Positions 38,376-46,589 of a stretch of 64,000 nt of DNA are shown here, one piece after another. Origin of the DNA: Solirubrobacteraceae bacterium (lineage in GTDB: Bacteria; Actinomycetota; Thermoleophilia; Solirubrobacterales; Solirubrobacteraceae); assembly GCA_032119795.1 (NCBI GenBank), contig JAUMFO010000025.1, positions 4,334 to 68,333 of the forward strand, given 5' to 3'. A program made the position numbers and the translations under genes. Each line of letters opens with the position of its first letter. Within the stretch, counting starts at the first letter, position 1. Under the pieces are notes generated by a model, which saw only the letters and a list, made by a program, of their open reading frames with translations, did no database searches and was not told where the DNA came from.

Positions 38376-38400
38376 CCTCAACGCAGCCCGCCCCGCCCCG

Positions 38401-39273
38401 TTACAGGTCCAGCCGCCGCAGGCGCCAGGTCGCCAAACCGACGAGCACCGCCAGCTCAACGAGCGACACGAGCGCCAGCCCACTGGTGAGGTCACGCTGC
38501 TGGCCGAACGGGCCGAGCTGCAACGCGAGGCCGGCCAGGCCAGTGACGCCGTCCGTCAGCGATCCGAGCGCGCCTTCGTAGAGGGCGTTGAATCCGAGGA
38601 CGTCGGTGACACGCCCCGCCCACGTCGCGACCGCCTGGGAGCCCGTCGACTCGCCAATCTGCCGGACCAGGCTGGCGAAGAACCCGACCGAGATCAACAT
38701 GGTCGCGGCCAGACCGGTCGCCGCACTTCCCAAAAACGTCGACATCAACACCCCAAACGCCGCGACGATCGCCACGGCGCCCGTGAGCCCGAGGACGACC
38801 TGCGGCAGGTTGCCGGGCGCCGCGCCGCCCGCCGCCGTCGTCAGTGCACTGGCGGCCGTCACCACGATGGCGCAGTAGATTCCGCCAGCCACCGTCGCGG
38901 CCAGCACGCGCCCGCCGATCACGGCGCTCCGATCGACGGGCCGCACCAGGAGCGGCTGCAGGAGCCCCTGTTCGGCCTCGCCGCGGACGGTGTTCATCGT
39001 CGTAAACACCGCCAAGACCGATGCCAGCGAGAACGTGGCGAAGACGCCAATGCCGAGCAGGATGAAGCCGGCGCCGCGAGCCGTCTCCTCCGGCGGCACC
39101 CCTTGACTCACGCCGCGCTCATCGAGATCGCCGAGGATCTCAAACGCACCCCAGCCGTAGAGCGCCAGAAACCCGACGGTGATCACACTCACCACGAGCA
39201 GTGAACGCCGGTGGCGCAGCTCCGAGAGCGCAAGCATCATCACGAGGACAACGTCGCGTGGCCAGGCCGTCAT
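38401..39273 (-). CDS. ABC-2 type transporter permease
   Basis: Six hydrophobic segments. N-terminal SELRHRRSLLVVSVITVGFLALYG. ATGA overlap with the ATPase gene. Confidence 0.75.
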   Translation of the reverse strand: MTAWPRDVVLVMMLALSELRHRRSLLVVSVITVGFLALYGWGAFEILGDLDERGVSQGVPPEETARGAGFILLGIGVFATFSLASVLAVFTTMNTVRGEAEQGLLQPLLVRPVDRSAVIGGRVLAATVAGGIYCAIVVTAASALTTAAGGAAPGNLPQVVLGLTGAVAIVAAFGVLMSTFLGSAATGLAATMLISVGFFASLVRQIGESTGSQAVATWAGRVTDVLGFNALYEGALGSLTDGVTGLAGLALQLGPFGQQRDLTSGLALVSLVELAVLVGLATWRLRRLDL

Positions 39274-40205
39274 GCGCCGCGCTCCTCGCCGGTGGGGCGC
39301 GGCGGCACGGCCGCGGGACCACCGTCGCCGCCGTCGCCGTGAGCCTCCACGGCTCGTAGGTAGGCCTGTTCGAGGGTGCCGCGGAGCTCGCGGACACCGA
39401 AGATGCGCTCGCCCTGGCCGACCAGCCGGGCGATCTCCTCGGGGATCGCGTCGCGCGCGAGATCGGGCAGGCGCACCGTCCCGCTGGCCAGCTCGAACTC
39501 CACGCCGCCTGAGCCCCCGAGTTCGCGCGGCGCCCCCTCGGCGATCAGCTGGCCACGGGCGATGATCGCGACGCGGTCGGCGACCTGCTCCACCTCGCTG
39601 AGTAGGTGCGAGGAGAGCAACACCGACTGCCCGCGGGCCCGCAACTCTCCCAGGACGTCGCGCACGAGCGCACGGCCCACGGGATCCAGCGCGCTGGTCG
39701 GCTCGTCCAAGAGCACGAGCGCCGGGCGACCGATCAGCGCATGCGCCAAGCCCAGGCGCTGCTGCATCCCCTTCGACATCGCCCCGACCTTGACGGCCGC
39801 GGCGTCGCCGAGCCCGACGAGTTCCAGCAGCTCGCCGCGCTCACCCGCGCCGCCTGCGGAGCGCGCAAGACGCTGGTGGGTCAGGAGGAGCGCGTCGGCC
39901 GTCAGCCAGGGCGGGTAGCGAAACAGCTCCGCGAGGTAGCCAAGGCGCGCCGCCGCCGCGCGCGTTCCGGCCGGCTCACCAGCGATCGTGGCGCGCCCGC
40001 TCGTCGGCCGAACGAGCCCGCAGACGATCTTCGCGAGCGTTGACTTGCCGGCGCCGTTCGGCCCAAGCAATCCGACGACTTCGCCGGCCCCGACCGTCAG
40101 GTCAACGCCACCCAGGGCATCGCCTCGCCCCTTGCGCTGGGCGCCGCGGTAGCGCTTTCGCAGGTCGGTGGTCACCAGCGCAGCCGTCACGGTTGCCACT
40201 CTCAC
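39270..40205 (-). CDS. ABC transporter ATP-binding protein
   Basis: Walker A GLLGPNGAGKST, signature MSKGMQQRLGLA, Walker B LVLLDEPTSALD. GTG start. Confidence 0.9.
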   Translation of the reverse strand: MRVATVTAALVTTDLRKRYRGAQRKGRGDALGGVDLTVGAGEVVGLLGPNGAGKSTLAKIVCGLVRPTSGRATIAGEPAGTRAAAARLGYLAELFRYPPWLTADALLLTHQRLARSAGGAGERGELLELVGLGDAAAVKVGAMSKGMQQRLGLAHALIGRPALVLLDEPTSALDPVGRALVRDVLGELRARGQSVLLSSHLLSEVEQVADRVAIIARGQLIAEGAPRELGGSGGVEFELASGTVRLPDLARDAIPEEIARLVGQGERIFGVRELRGTLEQAYLRAVEAHGDGGDGGPAAVPPRPTGEERGA

Positions 40206-40242
40206 ACACCGAGGCGCGGCTCGCGCCGGCCGGAACCGGGCG

Positions 40243-41241
40243 CTACTTGGCCACGGAGGCAGCCACCGACGTCACGCCGGCCCCTCCGATCACTACGCGC
40301 GCTTTGGCCACCCGCTTCTTGAGCGGAACGACCGTAGACACGTGGCAGAACTTGCCCTTCTTGATCGTGCCAACGGTCTGCCTGCCGACCGACTTGCCCT
40401 TGAGCGTGACGGCGATCTTCACCGTCTTGGGGCAGGTCTCCGACGTGGCCGTCAGGAGACGGTCGATCACAACGCGCTTGGTGCCGAGCCGAATCGACTT
40501 GGCGAGGGGCGCCGTTTCGCAGCCGTTGGTGGCCGCGCCGGCCTGCTTCGGGCACACGTCAACGCCATCATGGACGCCGTCACCGTCGGCGTCGAGAATC
40601 GGTGCGGGTTTGCCGTTGCCTGGGTCGACGACCGCGTTCGGCGTCTCGACGACCTCTGGGGCGTAGCCCACCAGGCGGTCCTCCGGGTGCGCGAAGTCGG
40701 TCGATCCGGAGCCGATCAGTCGCTCCGTCGTCACGACGATGCAGCGGAAGCCGCCCCCGTCGAAGATTCCTGGACCGGCCGGCGTCACGAAACTCACCGT
40801 GTTGCCGGTTCGCTCAACGGCGACGTCCTTGCGAATGTCGGTCATGGTCGAGATGACGTAGTCGGCGACGTTCGTGCCCATGTCGTGGCGGATGTGTACC
40901 CAGCCAAACCCCTTTGACACGTTGCAGCCGCTGTACCCGTCGAGGAGTCCCAGGCCGATACGCAGCTCGTGCAGCCCGGCTTCGGCCACGGCGCCGTTGA
41001 AGGTCACGGTGCCGCGCACGACCTTCGCTTCGCGGTCCTGCAAGATCGAGAAGCCGGTGATGTCGACGCCTGCCTCGGCGAGCTGGCCGAGATAGGTGGC
41101 ATCGCCGGTGACGTCGACGGCGTCGATCTGCACCGGAGCGAGCGGTGCGGCGCCGGCCGGCGCCGCCGAGAGCGCGAACGCCGAGGCGAGCAGCGCCGCG
41201 AGGCGGAGCAAGAAGAAACGACCAGGCAATACCGCGGGCAC
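40243..41241 (-). CDS. secreted hypothetical protein with TSP3-like Ca-binding motif (paralog B)
   Basis: Signal peptide FFLLRLAALLASAFALSAAPAGA. DADGDGVHDGVDVCP...ATNGC, then a Lys-rich Cys-containing C-terminal module shared with 41339..42316. Confidence 0.65.
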   Translation of the reverse strand: MPAVLPGRFFLLRLAALLASAFALSAAPAGAAPLAPVQIDAVDVTGDATYLGQLAEAGVDITGFSILQDREAKVVRGTVTFNGAVAEAGLHELRIGLGLLDGYSGCNVSKGFGWVHIRHDMGTNVADYVISTMTDIRKDVAVERTGNTVSFVTPAGPGIFDGGGFRCIVVTTERLIGSGSTDFAHPEDRLVGYAPEVVETPNAVVDPGNGKPAPILDADGDGVHDGVDVCPKQAGAATNGCETAPLAKSIRLGTKRVVIDRLLTATSETCPKTVKIAVTLKGKSVGRQTVGTIKKGKFCHVSTVVPLKKRVAKARVVIGGAGVTSVAASVAK

Positions 41242-41338
41242 GTTCTCTCACTCGGCACCCCCACGCCGGGGCTTGAACTGGTGACGATCACCGTCCACCC
41301 GCGACGCCCGCGGGTGGACATGTGTCATGTGCGGTGCG

Positions 41339-42316
41339 TCAGCGCTTGCGCGTGGCGGCGATGGAGCCCATCCCCGCCGCGGTGACGGTGATTTTCACGC
41401 TCGTCTTCGCTTTGACCGTCTTCTTGAGCTTCACCACGCCGTAGGCGCGGCAGAAGCCACCGTGGGAGGAGACGCTCACCACTCCGGTGCCGAGCACCTT
41501 CTTCTTGAGCGTGACCTTCACCTTCGCCTTCAGCGGGCAGGCCGCTCCGGTGCGGGTGACCATCTTGTCGATCGCCACGCGCTTGGAACCAAGGCGGACG
41601 GACAGACGATCCGGGATGGTCAGGCAGCCGTTGGTGGCGCCGCCTGCCTCGGTCGGGCACTTGTCTTTGGCGTCGGCCACGCCGTCCTGGTCGCCGTCGG
41701 TGACCACCGGAATCTCGAACTTGACCGGGGCGACCAGGTTGGTGGCACCGCCAACGAAGAGGTTCATGGCGTCGGCGTCGACGTCTTCCAGAACGCCGTC
41801 GGCACCGACGACCGGGGCCTTGCTCTGCACCTGGGCGCAGTCGAAGCCCAGGCCTTGGAGGCCGGCGTCGGCAGCAATCGACGCCGTGATCGAGGTGCCG
41901 TCGCGCTGGACGGTGAGGTTGCCGTAGGCCAGCGGGTCGCTGAGGATCCACTGCAGACCCTCACCTTCGGGCGTCCAGATCATCAGGAACACGAGCACGC
42001 CGGCGCCCTCGCCGGTCGCCACGCACTGGCCACCTTCGGCCTTGCCGAGCAGGGCATAGAACGACGCGGGCATCACGCTGGCGCTGGCCGCGGCCGTCTG
42101 CACAGTGAGCGTCGAGGTGCCGGCGGCGGGGTCGAAGTCGAGTTTGGCGTTGACGAGGTCGAGCCCAGCCGTCGACGCGTCGACTGGGTCTGAGCCCGTC
42201 AGCGTGACGGCTGAAGCGGACTGCGCGAAGAGCGCGAGGGTGAGGAAACCGAGTGCGACGGAACAGAGCGCCTTGAGGGTGCGCAGCAGGTTCCGACCAG
42301 GGGCCGAATGGGACAT
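41339..42316 (-). CDS. secreted hypothetical protein with TSP3-like Ca-binding motif (paralog A)
   Basis: Signal peptide ALCSVALGFLTLALFAQSASA. TDGDQDGVADAKDKCP...ATNGC, then RLGSKRVAIDKMVT...CP...VTLKKK...FC...LKK. Confidence 0.65.
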   Translation of the reverse strand: MSHSAPGRNLLRTLKALCSVALGFLTLALFAQSASAVTLTGSDPVDASTAGLDLVNAKLDFDPAAGTSTLTVQTAAASASVMPASFYALLGKAEGGQCVATGEGAGVLVFLMIWTPEGEGLQWILSDPLAYGNLTVQRDGTSITASIAADAGLQGLGFDCAQVQSKAPVVGADGVLEDVDADAMNLFVGGATNLVAPVKFEIPVVTDGDQDGVADAKDKCPTEAGGATNGCLTIPDRLSVRLGSKRVAIDKMVTRTGAACPLKAKVKVTLKKKVLGTGVVSVSSHGGFCRAYGVVKLKKTVKAKTSVKITVTAAGMGSIAATRKR

Positions 42317-42437
42317 GCGTCACATTGTGGCCGTTTTTTCTCCAAAGCGCGACACCCTTTTCGCGTTGGCGCCCGAGCACCACCCGTGAGCCCACCAAAC
42401 ACGGCCCTTCAAACGGCGCCCCGCCTGCGCGATAGCG

Positions 42438-43802
42438 TTGGCCGCCGTGGCCAGCCTCCCGTCCAATCCCCAGAGCGACCAGGCCTTGGCCGCACAGGCC
42501 CAGGCCTTGCTGCAGCGACTGATCCAGTTCGACACGGTCAACCCGCCCGGCGACGAGCAGGCCGCCCAGGACTACCTCGCTGGACTGCTGAAGGGCGCCG
42601 GCTTCACCGTCAGTCTGCTCTCGGCGGTGCCGGGACGCCCCAACCTCATCGCCGAGCTGGCGCCCGAGGCTGGCCCCGGCGACGGCCCGATCCTCACGCT
42701 CCTCTCCCACGTCGACACCGTGTTGGCCGACGCGGCGAGCTGGCAGCACGACCCGTGGAGCGGCCACGTCGATGACGACCAGATCCTCTGGGGCCGCGGC
42801 GCGATCGACATGAAGTCGCAGACGGCCGCGGAAGTCGCCGCGGTGATCGCGCTGGCCGAGTCAGGGTGGCGGCCAACCTCAGGCCTGCTGCGGATCCTCG
42901 TTGCCGTCGACGAGGAGGTCGGCGGGACGCTCGGCGCTCGCTGGCTCTGCGAGGAACACCCCGATCGCGTGAGGACCGACGTCGTGATCAACGAGGGCGG
43001 CGGCGCGGCGCTGCTGGTCGGAGACCAGCGCTTCTACAGCCTTGGGGTCGGCGAGAAGGGCGTCTGCCGCTACGTCGTGCGGACCCGCGGCCGGGCCGCA
43101 CACGCCTCGACGCCCGGCGTCGGCGACAACGCGCTCTTGAAGATGGTGCCGGTGCTCGCCCACCTGGCGCAGGCCGAACTCCCGATCGACCTCACCGACG
43201 CACCCAAGGCGCTGCTCGAGGGGCTGGGACTCCTCACCGACGGGATCACGGCCGAGCAGGCCGTCGCCGCGTTGCGCGAGCAGGCACCCGATCTCGCTCC
43301 GCTCATCGAGCCGATGCTGCGGGTGACGGCCGTCCCAACGATGGCCGAGGCGTCGAGCAAAATCAACGTGATCCCAGCCCGTGCTGAGGTGCGCGTCGAC
43401 TGCCGAATCCCGCCCGGGATGGATGCTGAGACGGCCCGCGGACGCGTCCGCGACCTGATGGCGCCGCTCGGCGACGGCATCGAGCTGGAGTTCACCGAGA
43501 CGATCGTCGGCAACGGCTCGCCGCTCGAGAGCCCGGTCGTCGACGCGATCAAGCGCTGGCTCGCGGAAAACGACCCCGACGCCGACGGTGTCGTCCCCAC
43601 TGTGCTGCCGGGGTTCACCGATTCGCGGTGGTTCCGTGCGACGTTCCCCGACTGCGCCGCCTACGGATTCTTCCCGCACCGCCACATGCCGCTCACGCAG
43701 ACCTACCCCATGATGCACGCCGCCGACGAGCGCATCGATCTGCGCGACCTGGCCTTCGCCGCGCGGGCCTACCGCGATCTGGTCGTCGAACTGCTCGGCT
43801 AG
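42438..43802 (+). CDS. M20/M25/M40-family metallopeptidase (ArgE/DapE/ACY1-like)
   Basis: LIQFDTVNPPGDE, LLSHVDTV, GRGAIDMK, NEGGG motifs. TTG start at 42438 (alternative GTG at 42447). Confidence 0.85.
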   Translation: MAAVASLPSNPQSDQALAAQAQALLQRLIQFDTVNPPGDEQAAQDYLAGLLKGAGFTVSLLSAVPGRPNLIAELAPEAGPGDGPILTLLSHVDTVLADAASWQHDPWSGHVDDDQILWGRGAIDMKSQTAAEVAAVIALAESGWRPTSGLLRILVAVDEEVGGTLGARWLCEEHPDRVRTDVVINEGGGAALLVGDQRFYSLGVGEKGVCRYVVRTRGRAAHASTPGVGDNALLKMVPVLAHLAQAELPIDLTDAPKALLEGLGLLTDGITAEQAVAALREQAPDLAPLIEPMLRVTAVPTMAEASSKINVIPARAEVRVDCRIPPGMDAETARGRVRDLMAPLGDGIELEFTETIVGNGSPLESPVVDAIKRWLAENDPDADGVVPTVLPGFTDSRWFRATFPDCAAYGFFPHRHMPLTQTYPMMHAADERIDLRDLAFAARAYRDLVVELLG

Positions 43803-44566
43803 GTAAAGGCGACGAGTTTCACGATCGCGATCGAGCCGACGATCACGATCAGTCCGCGCAGCACCGCCGGCGGCAGGCGCCGCCCGAGGTGCGCGCCGGC
43901 GTAGCCGCCGAAGAACGCGCCGACGGCGATTGCCGCGACCACGGCCCAGTCGATCTTGTCCCAGGCGACGAAGAGAAACACGACCGCGGCGACGCCGTTG
44001 ACGGTGGTCCCCAGGACGTTCTTGAACGCGTTGAGGCGCTGCAGCGGCTCGGCGATCAGGACGCTCATCACGCCGATCAGCAGGACGCCCTGGGCGGCGC
44101 CGAAGTAGCCGCCGTAGATGCCGGCGAGAAAGACGCCGGCGAGCGTAAGCCGCATGCGGCCGGCTCCCGTCTCATCTGGGTGGTGCTCGGCCGCCCAGCG
44201 CTGAAGGCGCGGCCCCGTCAGCACGAGGACGAGCGCCACGGCGATGAGGACCGGCACGATCGTCACGAAGCCCGATGCCGGCAGGACCAGGAGCAGGAGC
44301 GCGCCGGTGATCGCACCCAGCGCCGAGGCCGGCATCAGCCGCTTGATGGTGTGCGTATGGCCGGCGAGTTCTTCGCGGTAGCCGCGCACGCCACCGATGC
44401 CACCCGCGACCAGGCCGATGTTGTTCGACACGTTGGCCACCAGCGGCGGGAAGCCGAGGAAGAGGAGCGTCGGGAACGTGATCAGGGTGCCGGAGCCGAC
44501 CATGGCGTTGATCGCGCCGGCCGCCATGCCGGCCATGAGCACGGCGACGACCTCGAGCACAGACAC
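43799..44566 (-). CDS. TauE/SafE-family sulfite/anion exporter
   Basis: AGAINAMVGSGTLITFPTLL, 7-8 TM segments. GTG at 44566 (the track start at 44614 is possible). The 3' end overlaps the M20 stop by 4 nt, convergently. Confidence 0.8.
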   Translation of the reverse strand: MSVLEVVAVLMAGMAAGAINAMVGSGTLITFPTLLFLGFPPLVANVSNNIGLVAGGIGGVRGYREELAGHTHTIKRLMPASALGAITGALLLLVLPASGFVTIVPVLIAVALVLVLTGPRLQRWAAEHHPDETGAGRMRLTLAGVFLAGIYGGYFGAAQGVLLIGVMSVLIAEPLQRLNAFKNVLGTTVNGVAAVVFLFVAWDKIDWAVVAAIAVGAFFGGYAGAHLGRRLPPAVLRGLIVIVGSIAIVKLVAFT

Positions 44567-44662
44567 CCCGCGCAGGCTAGTGGCGGCCCGTCGGCGAGGG
44601 CCAACTCCCACCAATGCGTCCGACCGGCCAACGCCGGGGGCTCACCCCGTAGACTCGCCCGC

Positions 44663-45076
44663 GTGTTCACCCGGATCGACCACATCGGTATCGCCGTCGA
44701 GGATCTCGACGCCTCCATCGCGCTCTACGACGAGATTTACGACCTCAAGCTCGTGCACCGCGAGACGGTCGAGGAGCAGGGCGTCGAAGCCGTCCTGCTC
44801 GACGTCGGCGAGAACCACGTGGAGCTGATCGCGCCCTTGGGGCCTGAGACGGGCGTGGCCAAGTTCCTCGCCAAAAAGGGCTCGGGGATGCACCACATCG
44901 CCTACCAGGTGGAAGACATCGAGGCCGAGATCGCCCGCCTCAAGGCCAGCGGCATCCGGATGATCGACAACGAGCCCCGCACCGGAATCCGCGGGTCGCG
45001 CGTCGCCTTCCTTCACCCGAAGAGCACCGGCGGCATCCTCACCGAGCTCACCGAACCCTCCAAGGAGCACCACTAA
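44663..45076 (+). CDS. mce: methylmalonyl-CoA epimerase (VOC/glyoxalase fold)
   Basis: VFTRIDHIGIAVEDLDASIALY...GSGMHHIAYQVEDIEAEIARLKASGIRMID...RVAFLHPKSTGGILTEL. GTG at 44663. The rest of track ORF 43628..45076 is antisense to the TauE gene. Confidence 0.85.
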   Translation: MFTRIDHIGIAVEDLDASIALYDEIYDLKLVHRETVEEQGVEAVLLDVGENHVELIAPLGPETGVAKFLAKKGSGMHHIAYQVEDIEAEIARLKASGIRMIDNEPRTGIRGSRVAFLHPKSTGGILTELTEPSKEHH

Positions 45077-45285
45077 TGGAACGCATCTCGATCGGCTTCG
45101 CCGCCGGCCAGGTCGTCAGCCTGCGCGTCGAAAAGACCGTCCTCGACGAGCTCACCGGCGCCCTCGGCGGCCAGAACCTCTGGCACCAGGTCACCACCGA
45201 CGACGGCTCGGTCAACATCCGCCTCGACACCGTCGTCTACCTGCGCACCGAGAATCCTGAGAGCAAAGTCGGCTTCGGGCTGTAG
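45076..45285 (+). CDS. DUF3107-like small protein
   Basis: MERISIGFAAGQVVSLRVEK...DGSVNIRLDTVVYLRTENPESKVGFGL resembles the DUF3107 pattern. The start overlaps the mce stop (TAATG). Confidence 0.6.
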   Translation: MERISIGFAAGQVVSLRVEKTVLDELTGALGGQNLWHQVTTDDGSVNIRLDTVVYLRTENPESKVGFGL

Positions 45286-45294
45286 CCCGAAGCG

Positions 45295-46392
45295 CTAGCC
45301 CTCGATATCGGGCAGCTCTGCTGCGGCGGCCGCGCGTTTGCGGCCGCCCGGGAGCCGTCCGGCCAGGCCGCTGATCGGCACAACGGCGCGACTGAGGTTC
45401 TCGGCGGCCTCGCGCATGCCGGTGACGGTCGACTCGATCCCCTCGATCGAGGACGCGAGCCCCGGCAGCGCCTTGGTCGTGTCTGCGAGCTGATCCAGCG
45501 AGGAGGCGACGGCCGCGATCGCGTCGAGCGATTCGCCGAGATCACCGAGGCTGCTGAGCGACGACTCGAGCGCTCCAAGTTTGTTGAGCGTCTCGTCGAG
45601 CGCGGCGATGCGGGCGACGGCGGTCGAGAGGTCGTCGAGGCTCTTGAGGGCGAGCGAGAGTTCGTCGAGGCTCTTGAGGGCTTCGGAGAGGTCGGCAAGC
45701 TGCGCGAGCGGGCCGTCTTCGGCGATGAGTCGCTCCAGGCTGCCGTTCTCGCCGAGGAGGCGCACGAGGCCGCCGTCTTCCTGGACGAGCTGGTTGAGGG
45801 CCGTCCCCGGGGTGAGGAGCAGCTCGATCGTGCCGCCCTCTTCGACGACGCGTTCGGCGAGGCCGCCTTCGGCGAAGAGCCGGTCGGCGATGCCGTCTTC
45901 GGCGAGCATCCGGTCGAGCGTGCCCCCGGGGACGGTGAGTCGGTCGAGCGGGCCGCCGGGTTCAAGGAGGCGTTCGAGCGGGCCGCTGTCGACGAGCAGC
46001 CGGTCGAGCACGCCGTCTTCGCCCACGAGCCGCTCGACGGCGCCCCCGTCGGCGAGGAGGCGATCAAGCGGACCACCTTCGGCGAGCGCGCCGCGGTCGG
46101 AGAGGAGTCGGTCGAGTGGGCCGCCGTCGGCAAGGGCGCGGCCCAGCGGGCGGTCGGCGCTGAGGAGTTCACCGAACTGCTCGAGGCGGGCGAGCGGGCC
46201 GTTTGGATCGCCAAGGAGCGCGAGCCGTTCGAGGGCGCCGTCCTCCTCGATGATCACCTCGAGGCGAGCGCCGAGCCCGTCGTCGCCGCGAATCGGGCCG
46301 TCGTGGGCGGCGAGGTCACGCGCGTAGAGCACGAGCTCGGCGGCCGCGATCGCCGTCCGCGCCGGCAGGGTGATCAGCGAGAAGAGGCCCAC
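45295..46392 (-). CDS. decapeptide tandem-repeat protein, hypothetical
   Basis: At least 23 consecutive 10-aa units in register: 13x GGxLxRLLxx-type (GGPLDRLLAD GGAVERLVGE DGVLDRLLVD ...), then about 10x xxxLxxLxxL (SEALKSLDEL SLALKSLDDL ...). The GTG at 46392 is preferred, because the track start at 46467 would add an R-rich segment and read through a perfect hairpin. Confidence 0.6.
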   Translation of the reverse strand: MGLFSLITLPARTAIAAAELVLYARDLAAHDGPIRGDDGLGARLEVIIEEDGALERLALLGDPNGPLARLEQFGELLSADRPLGRALADGGPLDRLLSDRGALAEGGPLDRLLADGGAVERLVGEDGVLDRLLVDSGPLERLLEPGGPLDRLTVPGGTLDRMLAEDGIADRLFAEGGLAERVVEEGGTIELLLTPGTALNQLVQEDGGLVRLLGENGSLERLIAEDGPLAQLADLSEALKSLDELSLALKSLDDLSTAVARIAALDETLNKLGALESSLSSLGDLGESLDAIAAVASSLDQLADTTKALPGLASSIEGIESTVTGMREAAENLSRAVVPISGLAGRLPGGRKRAAAAAELPDIEG

Positions 46393-46419
46393 GCCGCGGA
46401 GCCTACGCGGTCGGCCCGC

Positions 46420-46448
46420 CTGGTTTGCAGACCGTCGCTGCAAACCAG
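46420..46448. promoter_or_regulatory. perfect 11-bp inverted repeat (hairpin/operator) upstream of repeat-protein gene
   Basis: ctggtttgcag-accgtcg-ctgcaaaccag, 28 nt upstream of the GTG at 46392 and about 140 nt downstream of the HTH gene stop. No U-tract. Confidence 0.35.
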
Positions 46449-46589
46449 AACGAGGCTGACGCGCCAAACCCCGCCAACGCCCCCGGGCCCGCGGCGACTG
46501 AGCTGGCTGGCAGCAGCGGATCGACGACCGCTGCTTGGCCTGAGGGCGCTCCGCACCGAAGGCGGAGCGGGTTCAGACCAAGAAGGCGC

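Noticed and set aside
36895-39204. Long ORFs across the palindromic gap (36895..38361 minus, 38085..38489, 38099..38581 and 38125..39204 plus)
   Set aside because: Their translations are dominated by R/P/A/G/S runs with no motifs. They overlap real genes on the other strand (GntR, ABC-2 permease) and follow the repeat structure rather than any codon bias.
43628-45076. 482-aa ORF ending at the epimerase stop
   Set aside because: Everything upstream of the GTG at 44663 is antisense to the TauE/SafE membrane gene and is R/D/H-rich nonsense.
45295-46392. Pentapeptide-repeat (quadrilateral beta-helix) assignment for the decapeptide protein
   Set aside because: The Leu positions within the 10-mer (4, 7/8) do not give the required 5-residue periodicity, and the A(D/N)LxG consensus is absent.
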